DNA of 64,000 bases. It comes from an archaeon. Its GTDB lineage: Archaea; Iainarchaeota; Iainarchaeia; Iainarchaeales; JAAZKV01. This document shows, one piece after another, positions 56,072 through 64,000 of this stretch (its first letter is position 1; every line of letters begins with the position of its first letter). The position numbers and the translations under genes were made by a program. The notes beneath the pieces were generated by a model. The model did no database searches, was not told the origin of the DNA, and worked only from the letters and a program-made list of their open reading frames with translations. The DNA lies in assembly GCA_041653195.1 (NCBI GenBank), contig JBAZFU010000001.1, forward strand, positions 70,545 through 134,544, given 5' to 3'.

Positions 56072-56539
56072 TTATTTTCGCCTTCTTTTAGCAAAGCTCG
56101 ATTCCAAAGTAACTTGTTCTATAGGAATCACTATTGAAGGATTAGCCCACGCAAACAAGCCGATCAAAAGCGCGATAGCCCATACAAAAAACTGGCTAAT
56201 CGGGCCTATGAGAGCCGTCCAAAACTGCCTCTGAGTAAGCGGAGAATAATCTCCCTGCACCTGCGCACCAGTCATCTGGAAAAGAGTATTCCTGCAATCC
56301 TGATACCTCAGTTCAGCAGAAATATAATCAGGATTTCCAAGCATTTGCAAATCCCTGACACCCGAAGACTCTACACAAGTATTAAAATTTTTGAGAGAAT
56401 TCCACGAATCGAACATTACTGCTCCACCCCTGATAAGCATCAGGACTGAAAGCACGATTAGGAAAGCCCCCAAAAGTCTCGGCAGCTGAGCATCCTTAGA
56501 GCCAATACGCAAAAAAACCATTTGTCTCAAAAGAATCAC
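56072..56539 (-). CDS. membrane protein, function unknown
   Basis: 155 aa; 3-4 TM helices. Confidence 0.4.
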   Translation of the reverse strand: MILLRQMVFLRIGSKDAQLPRLLGAFLIVLSVLMLIRGGAVMFDSWNSLKNFNTCVESSGVRDLQMLGNPDYISAELRYQDCRNTLFQMTGAQVQGDYSPLTQRQFWTALIGPISQFFVWAIALLIGLFAWANPSIVIPIEQVTLESSFAKRRRK

Positions 56540-56733
56540 CTAAACCTAATAAGAAAACCTACTATTTAAACCTTCGTTTCGACAAAAAACTCGCCCCTGC
56601 AAAATGCGGAGACGCATATCAAGGTTTAAAAAAACAGCGCAACAGTTTCTCTTTTGTGTGCAGAAATCCCAAAAGGGAGCTGCATCGAGCAGTAGCGAAG
56701 ATGCTGCCCGCATGCCAACTGGGCGTGACAGTT

Positions 56734-56805
56734 GGGCCGGTGGTCTAGCGGTATGACATCACCCTTACAAGGTGAGAGTCGTCGGTTCGAATCCGACTCG
56801 GCCCA
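56734..56805 (+). tRNA. tRNA-Val (anticodon UAC)
   Basis: Manual fold: acceptor GGGCCGG/TCGGCCC; anticodon stem TCACC/GGTGA, loop CTTACAA; T-arm GTCGG-TTCGAAT-CCGAC; 72 nt. Confidence 0.8.
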
Positions 56806-56875
56806 TTAATTTTTTTAATTTTTTCAAAATGAGAGCGTTTTTATATATCATTAATACAATCTATTTGTCTTCAAA

Positions 56876-58660
56876 ATGAAAAAAGCCTTTCTAATTCTAA
56901 CTGCGCTTGTTCTAATTGTCACAGCTGTGCCAATTGTTTCGGCTGCGGACGACGAAAACACTTTTTATCCCACAACAATCGGGGAAATGACTGCACTAGT
57001 AAGGATTCATGGTTGGGGAACCGTAAGCGGATTAGAAGAGGGAGAAGATGCGAAATTACAAATTCTTACATTTCAAGAATCAGAAATACAACACTCAAAA
57101 ATAATAAAAGAAGCGCTTTACATAAACGCACAAACAGTAATGGCAGAAAGAGTCGTCGACGAATTCGGAAACAATTACGCGAGATTTTCAATAAACGAAA
57201 ACGGAAATTTCACTTACGAATTAATCGCAGAAGTAACAAGAAAATCTTTAATATATGCGCTGGATGACTACAACATAAGCGATGCGAACTTATCAGACAA
57301 GGAAAAACTTTATTTGAAACAAAGCAACAAAATAGAAAGCGATTCAAGTGAAATAAAAACCGTTGCGATGAATAAGCTCCAAACCAACAGCTTTATTGAT
57401 TCACTTAATGAAACAGTTGCGTGGGTGAATAGCTATGTGAAATATGCAGAGGGCGATGACTTTTACAAATATTACACTTCACAAAAATCCGCGCTTGAAA
57501 CGCTGTTCAATAAAGAAGGCGTGTGTGACGAATTCGCGAACTTGGCAGCAGCCATACTGCGCGCCAAAGGCATTCCTGCACAAGTAATAATTGGAATAAC
57601 TTTCGACGGACAAGCGTGGGGAAATCATGCATGGATTTCGGTCAGAAACAGCAAAGGCGAGTGGATATCATCCGACCCAACTTTCAGGGAAGCGGGTTTT
57701 GTGGACGCCACACATATAAGACTGGGCACATACAGCGACGTCACGTTGTCCTTGGCAAAAGCATTCTACCCATCAACCGCAAAAATATCCTTCTACACCC
57801 AAACAATACCTGATGTTCAAATATTAAGCAAAAAATATTTTGACGCGGTTGAAGCAAGCATTGAAGACTCAAAAAAAATAGAACTTAAAGAAAAAACTTG
57901 GAACAGCATCAAAGTAAAAGTAACAAACAAAACTACTGATGAAATCTTAGTTCCGGTTTCACTCCCAAGAAAATTTTCAAAACTTTACATCCATGAATCG
58001 AGTCAATCCGTTTTCTTAAAATCAAAAGAAACAAAAGAAATAGAATTTTTGATATATCCTGACCTGAACCTAAACAACCAGGTGGCAACCGCGTATCTGC
58101 GAGTAAACACTCTTTCGACACCGATTGAAAAAGAATTTACCGTAATTGAATCAAACCCCGTTGAAAACGGCAAAGTGCAGGTAAAAGATGTGACACCCAT
58201 AGTTACCGGAAAAAATCTTCAAGTAAATATTGAAATAGGAAATTACAAAATAAAAAATGCTGATGTTAACATAAAAATTTACGACGGGGCGCTTGATGAT
58301 GACTCGAAGGAAACACTCGAAACATTCCTGTACTCGGAAGATGAAACCACTCCTTACATAAACGAAATAAAAAAAGAAATAAAATCATTCAAAGAAGGCG
58401 CCTATAGCCTCCGAATAGAAACTCCTACCGAAATTTATCTCCAAGAAATACGCCCCTTGGAAATAAGCGGCGACAACTCAAATGAACCCGACAAAAATAC
58501 TGAACAAACCCCAACAATAACACAACAAATAACTCTGCCCGAACAAGAAACCATATTTGGATATATTACCTCTCACCCCGAAATACCTTTGGCAATTGTA
58601 TTATTCGGGATAGTTGCTGCATTACTAATTGTTGTCAGTCGGAACAAAAGATACATATAA
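56876..58660 (+). CDS. secreted transglutaminase-like cysteine protease superfamily protein with C-terminal membrane anchor
   Basis: 594 aa; signal peptide; Cys-His-Asp core (GVCDEFANLAAAI … GNHAWISV … SSDPT); C-terminal TM helix. Confidence 0.65.
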   Translation: MKKAFLILTALVLIVTAVPIVSAADDENTFYPTTIGEMTALVRIHGWGTVSGLEEGEDAKLQILTFQESEIQHSKIIKEALYINAQTVMAERVVDEFGNNYARFSINENGNFTYELIAEVTRKSLIYALDDYNISDANLSDKEKLYLKQSNKIESDSSEIKTVAMNKLQTNSFIDSLNETVAWVNSYVKYAEGDDFYKYYTSQKSALETLFNKEGVCDEFANLAAAILRAKGIPAQVIIGITFDGQAWGNHAWISVRNSKGEWISSDPTFREAGFVDATHIRLGTYSDVTLSLAKAFYPSTAKISFYTQTIPDVQILSKKYFDAVEASIEDSKKIELKEKTWNSIKVKVTNKTTDEILVPVSLPRKFSKLYIHESSQSVFLKSKETKEIEFLIYPDLNLNNQVATAYLRVNTLSTPIEKEFTVIESNPVENGKVQVKDVTPIVTGKNLQVNIEIGNYKIKNADVNIKIYDGALDDDSKETLETFLYSEDETTPYINEIKKEIKSFKEGAYSLRIETPTEIYLQEIRPLEISGDNSNEPDKNTEQTPTITQQITLPEQETIFGYITSHPEIPLAIVLFGIVAALLIVVSRNKRYI

Positions 58661-58692
58661 ACTTTTAAACAATACCAACTGAATTGTTTTAA

Positions 58693-58863
58693 CGCGACCG
58701 TAGTCTAACGGTTATGATTCAACCTTGCCAACAGCCTTTTAAAAAAGGCTGGCGAAAAGGCTTCGCAACGGCTTTTTGAGAAAAGACCGGCGAAAAAACG
58801 CAAACAAAAAATCAATAAAAAAGCAATTAGGTTGAGGACCGGGTCCAATTCCCGGCGGTCGCA
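58693..58863 (+). tRNA. tRNA-Gly (anticodon GCC) with 99-nt intron at 37/38
   Basis: 5' exon GCGACCG-TA-GTCT…CAACC-TTGCCA; 3' exon A-GGTTG-AGGA-CCGGG-TCCAATT-CCCGG-CGGTCGC-A; intron about 58731-58829 carries two hairpin-repeat units. Confidence 0.7.
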
Positions 58864-58897
58864 TTCGACCTTTCAGGAAAAGGCCGGCGAAAAAAGG
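58864..58897 (+). repeat. hairpin + GGCGAAAAAAGG unit in the tRNA-Gly(GCC) trailer
   Basis: TTCGACCTTTCAGGAAAAGGCCGGCGAAAAAAGG. Confidence 0.5.
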
Positions 58898-58904
58898 CGT
58901 TAAA

Positions 58905-59066
58905 TTGAAAAAAAAATTTGAAAAAGTTTGTCCAAAGTGCAAAAGTGAAAGCATAAAACAATGGCTGCCTCAAATAACAAATTCATGGGAATGCGGCAAC
59001 TGCGGAAACACAAACTTCTACCCTATCGAAATAAAAAAACAAAGCAACACAAAAGTGATTAAATGA
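58905..59066 (+). CDS. small Zn-ribbon protein (about 53 aa)
   Basis: Not in ORF track; putative TTG start; …KVCPKCKSESIKQWLPQITNSWECGNCGNTNFYPIEIKK…; stop overlaps ATG of the next gene. Confidence 0.4.
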   Translation: MKKKFEKVCPKCKSESIKQWLPQITNSWECGNCGNTNFYPIEIKKQSNTKVIK

Positions 59067-59725
59067 ACAAGAAAAGCATGCTGATAATTACAATAATAAT
59101 CGCTTCAGCGGCGATAGCGGCCATATCATACTCTGCCATGCCTGACCCGATGGCGACACACTGGGGAATAAACGGCGAACCGAACGGTTACTCCGACAAA
59201 TTCTTCGGAACCTTCCTGATGCCCGGAATAATATTCCTGATTACAGCGTTACTAATATTCATTCCAAAAATTGATCCGCTAAAAGAAAACATAAAAAAAT
59301 TTTACAGTTACTACGAAAATTTTGTAATTGTCATTATCGGATTCATGCTCCTCACCCAAATATTTATGCTTCTGTGGAATACGGGCATAAAAATTAATCC
59401 CTCAATCGCAATCCCCCTTGGAATCGGAGTGCTTTTTTACTATGCGGGAATAATGATGCAAAAAGCAAAAAGAAACTGGACAATCGGAATAAGGACGCCG
59501 TGGACGCTAAGCAGCGAAAAAGTCTGGGACAAGACCCATAGGCTCGGCGGCAGAATGTTCCGAGCCGCCGGAATAATATCCCTAATCGGGGCATTCATAC
59601 CCGCCTATTCCTTCTTTTTCATAATAGTGCCCGTGCTGTTATCTTCAGCCTGCCTGATAGTTTATTCCTATTTAGAATATAGAAAAGAAATGCGCAAAAG
59701 CAAAAATAGAAAAAAAAGAAAATAA
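59063..59725 (+). CDS. DUF1648/SdpI-like membrane protein
   Basis: 220 aa; N-terminal TM + HWGINGEPNGY motif typical of DUF1648; 4 more TM helices. Confidence 0.5.
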   Translation: MNKKSMLIITIIIASAAIAAISYSAMPDPMATHWGINGEPNGYSDKFFGTFLMPGIIFLITALLIFIPKIDPLKENIKKFYSYYENFVIVIIGFMLLTQIFMLLWNTGIKINPSIAIPLGIGVLFYYAGIMMQKAKRNWTIGIRTPWTLSSEKVWDKTHRLGGRMFRAAGIISLIGAFIPAYSFFFIIVPVLLSSACLIVYSYLEYRKEMRKSKNRKKRK

Positions 59726-59750
59726 AAAAATTTAGAAATAAACCAAACAA

Positions 59751-60710
59751 TTACTTTCTTCTTTTCTTAATCGCCTTCGATTTGCGAGCCGCTTTTGCAA
59801 AACGCTTTGAAGCGATTTTTCTGGGGTAGAGCACGCGCCATGAAAGTATTCTTCTTATCTTGTTAGAAGAATCCTGGTGTTTAACGGCTTGAGAGTATAA
59901 CCTGGTAACGGAAAAACAATAACCAACCACAAAAACAGAAACCCCGAACGCGGTTCCAAAAATTCTTGCAAATTCCAAATCACTCAATGTTGTCCCATCA
60001 AAAAAAGAGTGAAACCCCACCGATAAGAGAACTATATTCGCTATTGTCGATGCGAAAAAAGACGACACGGCGCACAAAAAAAACAAGAACACTAAAAGAA
60101 CACAAAAAGCAGAAAACAATCCTCCAAAACGCTGATGCGTCAAACTCCATGAACCCCTCAGTGCATCGCCTATTTTAGTTCCTCTGTTCAAAATAATAAG
60201 CGACGAAAACAAAAGTCGAACTGAATTATAAACTATGCATGACAAATAAATCGCCAAAAGAAAAATAAAAGATAAAACAACAACCCAAGATGAAACAACA
60301 GACAAAGTAATTACCGCCAAAAAAATTCCTACGAGAGAAAGAATTTGAATGCGCCTATAACGCCTGCTCATAGACCAAACAAATATGTACCAGAGCTCAA
60401 AAACCTGAAGAAAAAAAACATCCAGTATTTTGGAAACAGAAATTTTAACCGTTTGAAATCCGGCTGATTTGAGACAAAATCCTAACAAAAAAACTATTCC
60501 GACAAAAATTACTGCCTGTGCGATATAGTAAACATCATTAAAAATAGAAAAAACATTTTCTGAAACTACAAGATTTCCCCAAAAAATCGCGTCAACGCCC
60601 TGAATAAAAAAAACGGCCAAGAAAATCAAAAAGAAAAAAAGAAGGTAAACAAGAGCCTTGCCCTGAAAAACCCATCTATAAGTAGATTCTATTATTCCAT
60701 CATAATCCAT
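59751..60710 (-). CDS. polytopic membrane protein, function unknown
   Basis: 319 aa; 7 or more hydrophobic helices; basic C-terminal tail. Confidence 0.45.
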   Translation of the reverse strand: MDYDGIIESTYRWVFQGKALVYLLFFFLIFLAVFFIQGVDAIFWGNLVVSENVFSIFNDVYYIAQAVIFVGIVFLLGFCLKSAGFQTVKISVSKILDVFFLQVFELWYIFVWSMSRRYRRIQILSLVGIFLAVITLSVVSSWVVVLSFIFLLAIYLSCIVYNSVRLLFSSLIILNRGTKIGDALRGSWSLTHQRFGGLFSAFCVLLVFLFFLCAVSSFFASTIANIVLLSVGFHSFFDGTTLSDLEFARIFGTAFGVSVFVVGYCFSVTRLYSQAVKHQDSSNKIRRILSWRVLYPRKIASKRFAKAARKSKAIKKRRK

Positions 60711-60762
60711 TCTAAACTAATGCTTTTCTAGTTTTTAATAATTACTTTCTGAAAAAAAGCGC

Positions 60763-61401
60763 TCACTGAAGAACTTCATCCAAAAAAGGCTTTATTTGGG
60801 CAAAAACTTCGTCAACAGACTTATTCGCATCAATTATTTTTATATTTTCATTCGGCAAGAGCTTTGGCGCATCCAAAAAAAGTTTTCTCAAACCCGAAAT
60901 GAATTCTAATCCCCTGAACTTGTCAGATTCCTTTCTTTTCTCGGACTTTTCCGAATTCATGCGCCCATAAGCTTCCGCAGGTTCGACATCAAGAATGACT
61001 GCCAAATCCGGTGCCAAAAAATTTTTGTGCGCCGCAAAAACTTTCTCAAAGTCGTTGCCTTGCGCCGTTTGATACGCAATACTTGAATATTTGTAACGAT
61101 CACAAATCACTACAAAATTCTTTCCAAGCGCCGGCTTAACGATATTTTCAATATGCCACTCCCGATCCTTCACAAACAAATCAAAAATTTCTTCAGCCAA
61201 ATCCTCCGAAGACTTTTGTTTTTTGAAACACTCGCGAAGCTCTAAACCGTAGGGTCCGCGCGTCGGCTCATCAGTAATAAGAATATTATCAAATTTTTTG
61301 CTCTTATCGTAAATGTACTCAAAAGTTTTTTTTATCATCGTGCCTTTTCCACAGCCCGAAATTCCGTCAAAAGCAATAAAAATTCCTTTCCTTTCAACCA
61401 T
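60763..61401 (-). CDS. P-loop (d)NMP kinase, thymidylate-kinase-like paralog
   Basis: 212 aa; P-loop FDGISGCGKGT; dNK/Tmk-like fold features; tandem with tmk. Confidence 0.55.
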   Translation of the reverse strand: MVERKGIFIAFDGISGCGKGTMIKKTFEYIYDKSKKFDNILITDEPTRGPYGLELRECFKKQKSSEDLAEEIFDLFVKDREWHIENIVKPALGKNFVVICDRYKYSSIAYQTAQGNDFEKVFAAHKNFLAPDLAVILDVEPAEAYGRMNSEKSEKRKESDKFRGLEFISGLRKLFLDAPKLLPNENIKIIDANKSVDEVFAQIKPFLDEVLQ

Positions 61402-61423
61402 TAAATCGCCCGCAATATTTAAT

Positions 61424-62071
61424 CTATTTCTCCAAAACCTTTTTTACTTCCGCCCAAACCATTTCGTGAATCTCTTCAACTGAAAGCAGGGAATCGTTTT
61501 TAACGCAATTAATTTTACTCCATCCAAGATCGCCGATGTTTCTCTCATACTCCGAAAAAACATTTCTTTGAAAACTTTTATCCGACTCGTGCTGATCCAT
61601 TTTTTCAGCCCTCTTAGCCATTAATTTTTCCGCAAAGTTTGGTGAAACTGAAAGCACCAAAACCAAGTCTGGCACAGGAAGCCGCTCACATGCTTTAGAT
61701 ATCCATTTCCACAAAGAATCTTTTTCACTTTCTTTTGCAAGCGCGACCTGATAAGTGAGCGTCGAAGTGAAATACCTGCTCAATAAAACATTTTTCCCGC
61801 TTTTGAGCAAATTTTCAACCCTGCTTTTCGATTCATAAAAATCAGTCATATACAGAAGCGAAATAAACTCTGGCGGCAAATCCTCTTTTGCCCCAAATTT
61901 TCCGTCCAAATAATCATCAACAACTTTTCCAAAAGACTCGCCGTGCTTAGGAAAATGCATTTGCTCAACATGAAAGCCCTCACTTTGAATACGCTTAAAA
62001 AGAAGCTCCAATTGAGTCGATTTTCCGGACCCATCCGTGCCTTCCAAAACTATTAACTTTCCATCCATCAA
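61424..62071 (-). CDS. tmk: thymidylate kinase
   Basis: 215 aa; LIVLEGTDGSGKSTQ P-loop characteristic of dTMP kinase. Confidence 0.8.
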   Translation of the reverse strand: MMDGKLIVLEGTDGSGKSTQLELLFKRIQSEGFHVEQMHFPKHGESFGKVVDDYLDGKFGAKEDLPPEFISLLYMTDFYESKSRVENLLKSGKNVLLSRYFTSTLTYQVALAKESEKDSLWKWISKACERLPVPDLVLVLSVSPNFAEKLMAKRAEKMDQHESDKSFQRNVFSEYERNIGDLGWSKINCVKNDSLLSVEEIHEMVWAEVKKVLEK

Positions 62072-62215
62072 AACCGTTCAAAGAAAGGCACGAACCAATT
62101 AAAAATGGTTTTAGCGCACAAGCATGAATTTAAAAAAGAAACCAAATTTAAGTTAGTTAATTGAAAAAAAAGTGTCATCGCGGAGCGATGGCACGCGTAA
62201 CGCATATGCAATAGC

Positions 62216-62377
62216 GCGTCCGTGATGTAACGGTAGCATGAAAGCCTTCCACGGCCTTTTTCAAAGGCCGGCGAAAAGCACTGTCTTCGCTTTTGGCTCG
62301 ACAGAGCGTGCTTCGCAGGTTTTGTAAAAAAAAACTGGAGTTAGCTTTCCGTCGGGGTTCAAATCCCCGCGGGCGCA
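62216..62377 (+). tRNA. tRNA-Gly (anticodon UCC) with about 91-nt intron at 37/38
   Basis: 5' exon GCGTCCG-TG-ATGT…AAAGC-CTTCCA; 3' exon A-GCTTT-CCGT-CGGGG-TTCAAAT-CCCCG-CGGGCGC-A; intron about 62252-62342 starts with the hairpin-repeat module CGGCCTTTTTCAAAGGCCGGCGAAAAGC. Confidence 0.7.
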
Positions 62378-62380
62378 TTT

Positions 62381-63745
62381 TCATTCTTTTCTTTTTTTTA
62401 AAAACTCCTTAAAAGAATTATAATCATTTTCAATCAAACCATACTCTTCTTTTTTATTCGCGACTTCCATTAATGCGGGGTGAAGCGAAGGCTTCATGTT
62501 CAACAAGGATTCAATTTCTTCCGGAAATTTTGAAGGATGCGCGGTTTCAAGCGAAACAAATTTTTCGCCAGGAAAAGTGTCTTCTTTTTCTAAAAAAACT
62601 TCCAAACCCTTCCAAGCAACAGCGCCGTGAGGCTCAAGAAGCAACATATAATTTTTGTAAGCATTAATTATTGCTTCACGGGTTTCAGAATCCGAAACGC
62701 TAACAGCAAAAATTTCTTTCCTCAATTTCTCCATATTCGGAAGTTTTTCAATATTGCCGTTCTCATCCATTTTCCCAGTATACAAATCAATTAAGCGGGA
62801 AAGATTGCTCGGGTGACCGACATTCATCGCGTTCGAAATGCATCCTTTCGAAGGAACAATCTTCTCATACTTTCCCGTTTCAACAAATTTTGAGAACTCG
62901 TCGTTCTCATTCACCGCAACAACAAATCTTTTTACAGGCAAACCCATTCTCTGCGCAATGAGACCGCCGCACAAATCACCGAAATTTCCGGAAGGAACTG
63001 AAAAAACCACTTCTTCGCCTGGAGCGGTTGCAACGCGCGAGTACGCATAAAAGTAATAGACTGCCTGCGGAATGAGGCGCCCCAAATTAATTGAATTGGC
63101 TGAAGAAAAATTGTATAAGGTGTTCAAATCAGGGTCGACAAAAGCGCGTTTAACCATTGCCTGACAATCATCAAATTTTCCCTTAACAGCGAGAACAAAA
63201 ACATTTTTTCCGAGAGTAGTCATCTGTTTGCGCTGATTTGGAGTAACTTCTTTTTCCGGAAAAAGAACAATCACTTCAATATTATCCAAACCATAAAAAG
63301 CGTTTGCAACCGCGCTGCCGGTATCACCACTCGTTGCAACCAAAATTGTGAGTTTTCTCGCATCCTCGCGCATAAAATAATTCATTAAGCGGGCCATAGC
63401 GCGCGCAGCAAAATCCTTGAAAGAAGCGGTTGGGCCGCCATCCAAACGGAGCACGTAAGCTTCATGCGGAAAACCTTTAATCTTCTCAAGCGGGACAGAA
63501 AAATTGTAAGCATCCTTAACAATCGTCTCCAATTCTGCCGCAGGAATTTCATCCGCCAAAAATTTTGAAATAACTTCAAAAGCGATTTCATAATACTTCT
63601 TTTCTTTAAAGCCGAAAATTTCTTTCTGTGAAAATTGAGGAACGGATTCGGGCATGAACAGCCCTTTGTCCTCGGCAAGACCCTGCAAAAGAACATCCTT
63701 GAAAGAGGATTTCGAGGAAATGCCGTTCGTGCTATAATAATTCAT
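62381..63745 (-). CDS. thrC: threonine synthase
   Basis: 454 aa; PLP-binding Lys motif PTASFKDFAARAM; fold-type II PLP enzyme. Confidence 0.85.
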   Translation of the reverse strand: MNYYSTNGISSKSSFKDVLLQGLAEDKGLFMPESVPQFSQKEIFGFKEKKYYEIAFEVISKFLADEIPAAELETIVKDAYNFSVPLEKIKGFPHEAYVLRLDGGPTASFKDFAARAMARLMNYFMREDARKLTILVATSGDTGSAVANAFYGLDNIEVIVLFPEKEVTPNQRKQMTTLGKNVFVLAVKGKFDDCQAMVKRAFVDPDLNTLYNFSSANSINLGRLIPQAVYYFYAYSRVATAPGEEVVFSVPSGNFGDLCGGLIAQRMGLPVKRFVVAVNENDEFSKFVETGKYEKIVPSKGCISNAMNVGHPSNLSRLIDLYTGKMDENGNIEKLPNMEKLRKEIFAVSVSDSETREAIINAYKNYMLLLEPHGAVAWKGLEVFLEKEDTFPGEKFVSLETAHPSKFPEEIESLLNMKPSLHPALMEVANKKEEYGLIENDYNSFKEFLKKRKE

Positions 63746-64000
63746 GCTAAAACAAATTGGCGAGAAGCATATTTTTAACCATATGGCAGCAAAGCAAATT
63801 TATGGAAAAAAAATTAAAAGCCGGGCAGAAACTCGCACTCGAAAGGATTTACAGGCTCTTCGAACTCGCGGAAGAAGAAGAAAAAAAGTGCGAAGGAAAA
63901 CGCACAAAACGATATTTAAAACTCGCTTTTGAAATCGGAAAAAAACTAAATGTGCCCGTCCCAAAAGAATTGAAAAAAAAATTCTGCAAAAAGTGTTATT

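Noticed and set aside
62175-62384. 69-aa minus-strand ORF
   Set aside because: It completely overlaps the intron-containing tRNA-Gly(UCC) and its hairpin repeat, so it is an artefact of GC-rich RNA sequence.
1-64000. rRNA genes or large ncRNAs such as RNase P or SRP RNA
   Set aside because: No conserved rRNA segments or RNase P P4 / SRP helix-8 consensus motifs were recognised by eye. The GC-rich candidates at about 4.1 kb and 10.2 kb are listed as findings pending a covariance-model scan.

Overview
This is an AT-rich archaeal chromosomal segment. I infer a DPANN-like lineage from archaeal-type information-processing genes (RFC small subunit, aEF-1beta, eS17, Hjc, archaeal CCA enzyme, Elp3, Pelota and ABCE1, DnaG, Rad50/HerA/NurA), class III signal-peptide pilins, intron-bearing tRNAs, short genes and many 4-nt ATGA overlaps. 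No rRNA genes or CRISPR arrays were found.

Three things stand out.

1. A 12-kb Epd/Tad-like type IV filament locus (10548-22427). It holds a secretion ATPase, a platform split into two single-domain T2SSF genes, an A24 prepilin peptidase and at least 11 class III signal-peptide proteins. These include two tiny Flp-like pilins, three tandem cysteine-rich pilins and a LamG-domain pilin.

2. A tRNA-centred rearrangement hotspot (about 32.7-39.3 kb). Two paralogous HTH plus double-LAGLIDADG endonuclease-like genes each run directly into a tRNA gene on the same strand. Orphan tRNA pieces with complementary acceptor strands lie 3.2 kb apart. Short direct repeats that resemble the 3' end of tRNA-Gly(GCC) flank a 1-kb cassette.

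3. Two tRNA-Gly genes (GCC, UCC) carry 90-100-nt introns at the canonical 37/38 site. Both introns share a conserved hairpin plus GGCGAAAAG module. The same module recurs outside introns, downstream of tRNAs and at a free-standing locus, which suggests a mobile intron-derived repeat family.

Other content is housekeeping: topoisomerase IA, Lrp, a MiaB-like enzyme, ArsR-IscS-IscU, Pth2, a circularly permuted GTPase, Tmk paralogs, ThrC, a thioredoxin-DsbD fusion, a DUF134 plus DUF5320 pair, a transglutaminase-like secreted protein, and several short CDSs too small for the ORF track (two Zn-ribbon proteins, two small pilins, a DUF5320-like peptide, a small membrane protein).
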